From an uncultured Spirochaetota bacterium (GTDB taxonomy: Bacteria; Spirochaetota; Spirochaetia; SZUA-6; Fen-1364), in contig CAWAHW010000005.1 in the NCBI GenBank assembly GCA_963781885.1, positions 32,001 to 96,000 on the forward strand: 64,000 nt of DNA. The letters are read 5' to 3'. The notes beneath the pieces were generated by a model. The model saw only the letters and a list, made by a program, of their open reading frames with translations, did no database searches and had not been told where the DNA came from. Positions 63,963 through 64,000 of this stretch are shown here, piece after piece. How positions within the stretch are numbered: position 1 is the first letter of the stretch; every line of letters starts with the position of its first letter. A program made the translations under genes and the position numbers.

Positions 63963-64000
63963 CAAATTCGCGGTGCGCGCTACGCGGAATCCCCGAACCC

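Noticed and set aside
63969-64000. GC-rich possible hairpin at the window edge
   Set aside because: Truncated by the window boundary and too short to assign.

Overview
A GC-rich spirochaete (class Spirochaetia) chromosome segment, identified by the FlbB collar protein, FlbD, spirochaete-type FlgE and FliY, and the Treponema/Borrelia-type gene order. Positions 536-47611 form one co-directional block: the reduced dcw cluster (mraZ-rsmH-ftsL-murF-mraY-ftsW-ftsQ-ftsA-ftsZ), xerD-dprA-topA-xerC-hslVU, the flgB-to-fliA flagellar operon, and a tail encoding FapA, two hypothetical proteins, a stand-alone Hsp70 substrate-binding domain, a HEAT-repeat protein and CheW-CheA-CheY. The rest holds ftsI-maf (minus strand), two LysM-M23 peptidases with a bactofilin-like membrane protein, secA, a lipoprotein, nnr and an EF-G paralogue. 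About 11 single-base frameshifts, some in essential genes, look like long-read indel errors. The most unusual signals are: (1) a dispersed REP-like family of GAAT/AAAT-footed hairpins that forms locus-specific tandem arrays just after stop codons, shows compensatory stem changes, flanks flbB-fliK in inverted orientation and occurs in-frame inside several proteins; (2) the ATPase-less Hsp70 domain and HEAT protein next to cheWAY; (3) motAB absent from its usual position, where a predicted promoter sits instead; (4) Ser in place of Cys at the FlgE lysinoalanine cross-link site. No rRNA, tRNA, CRISPR array or transposase was seen. All product calls come from motif recognition and synteny; no database searches were run.
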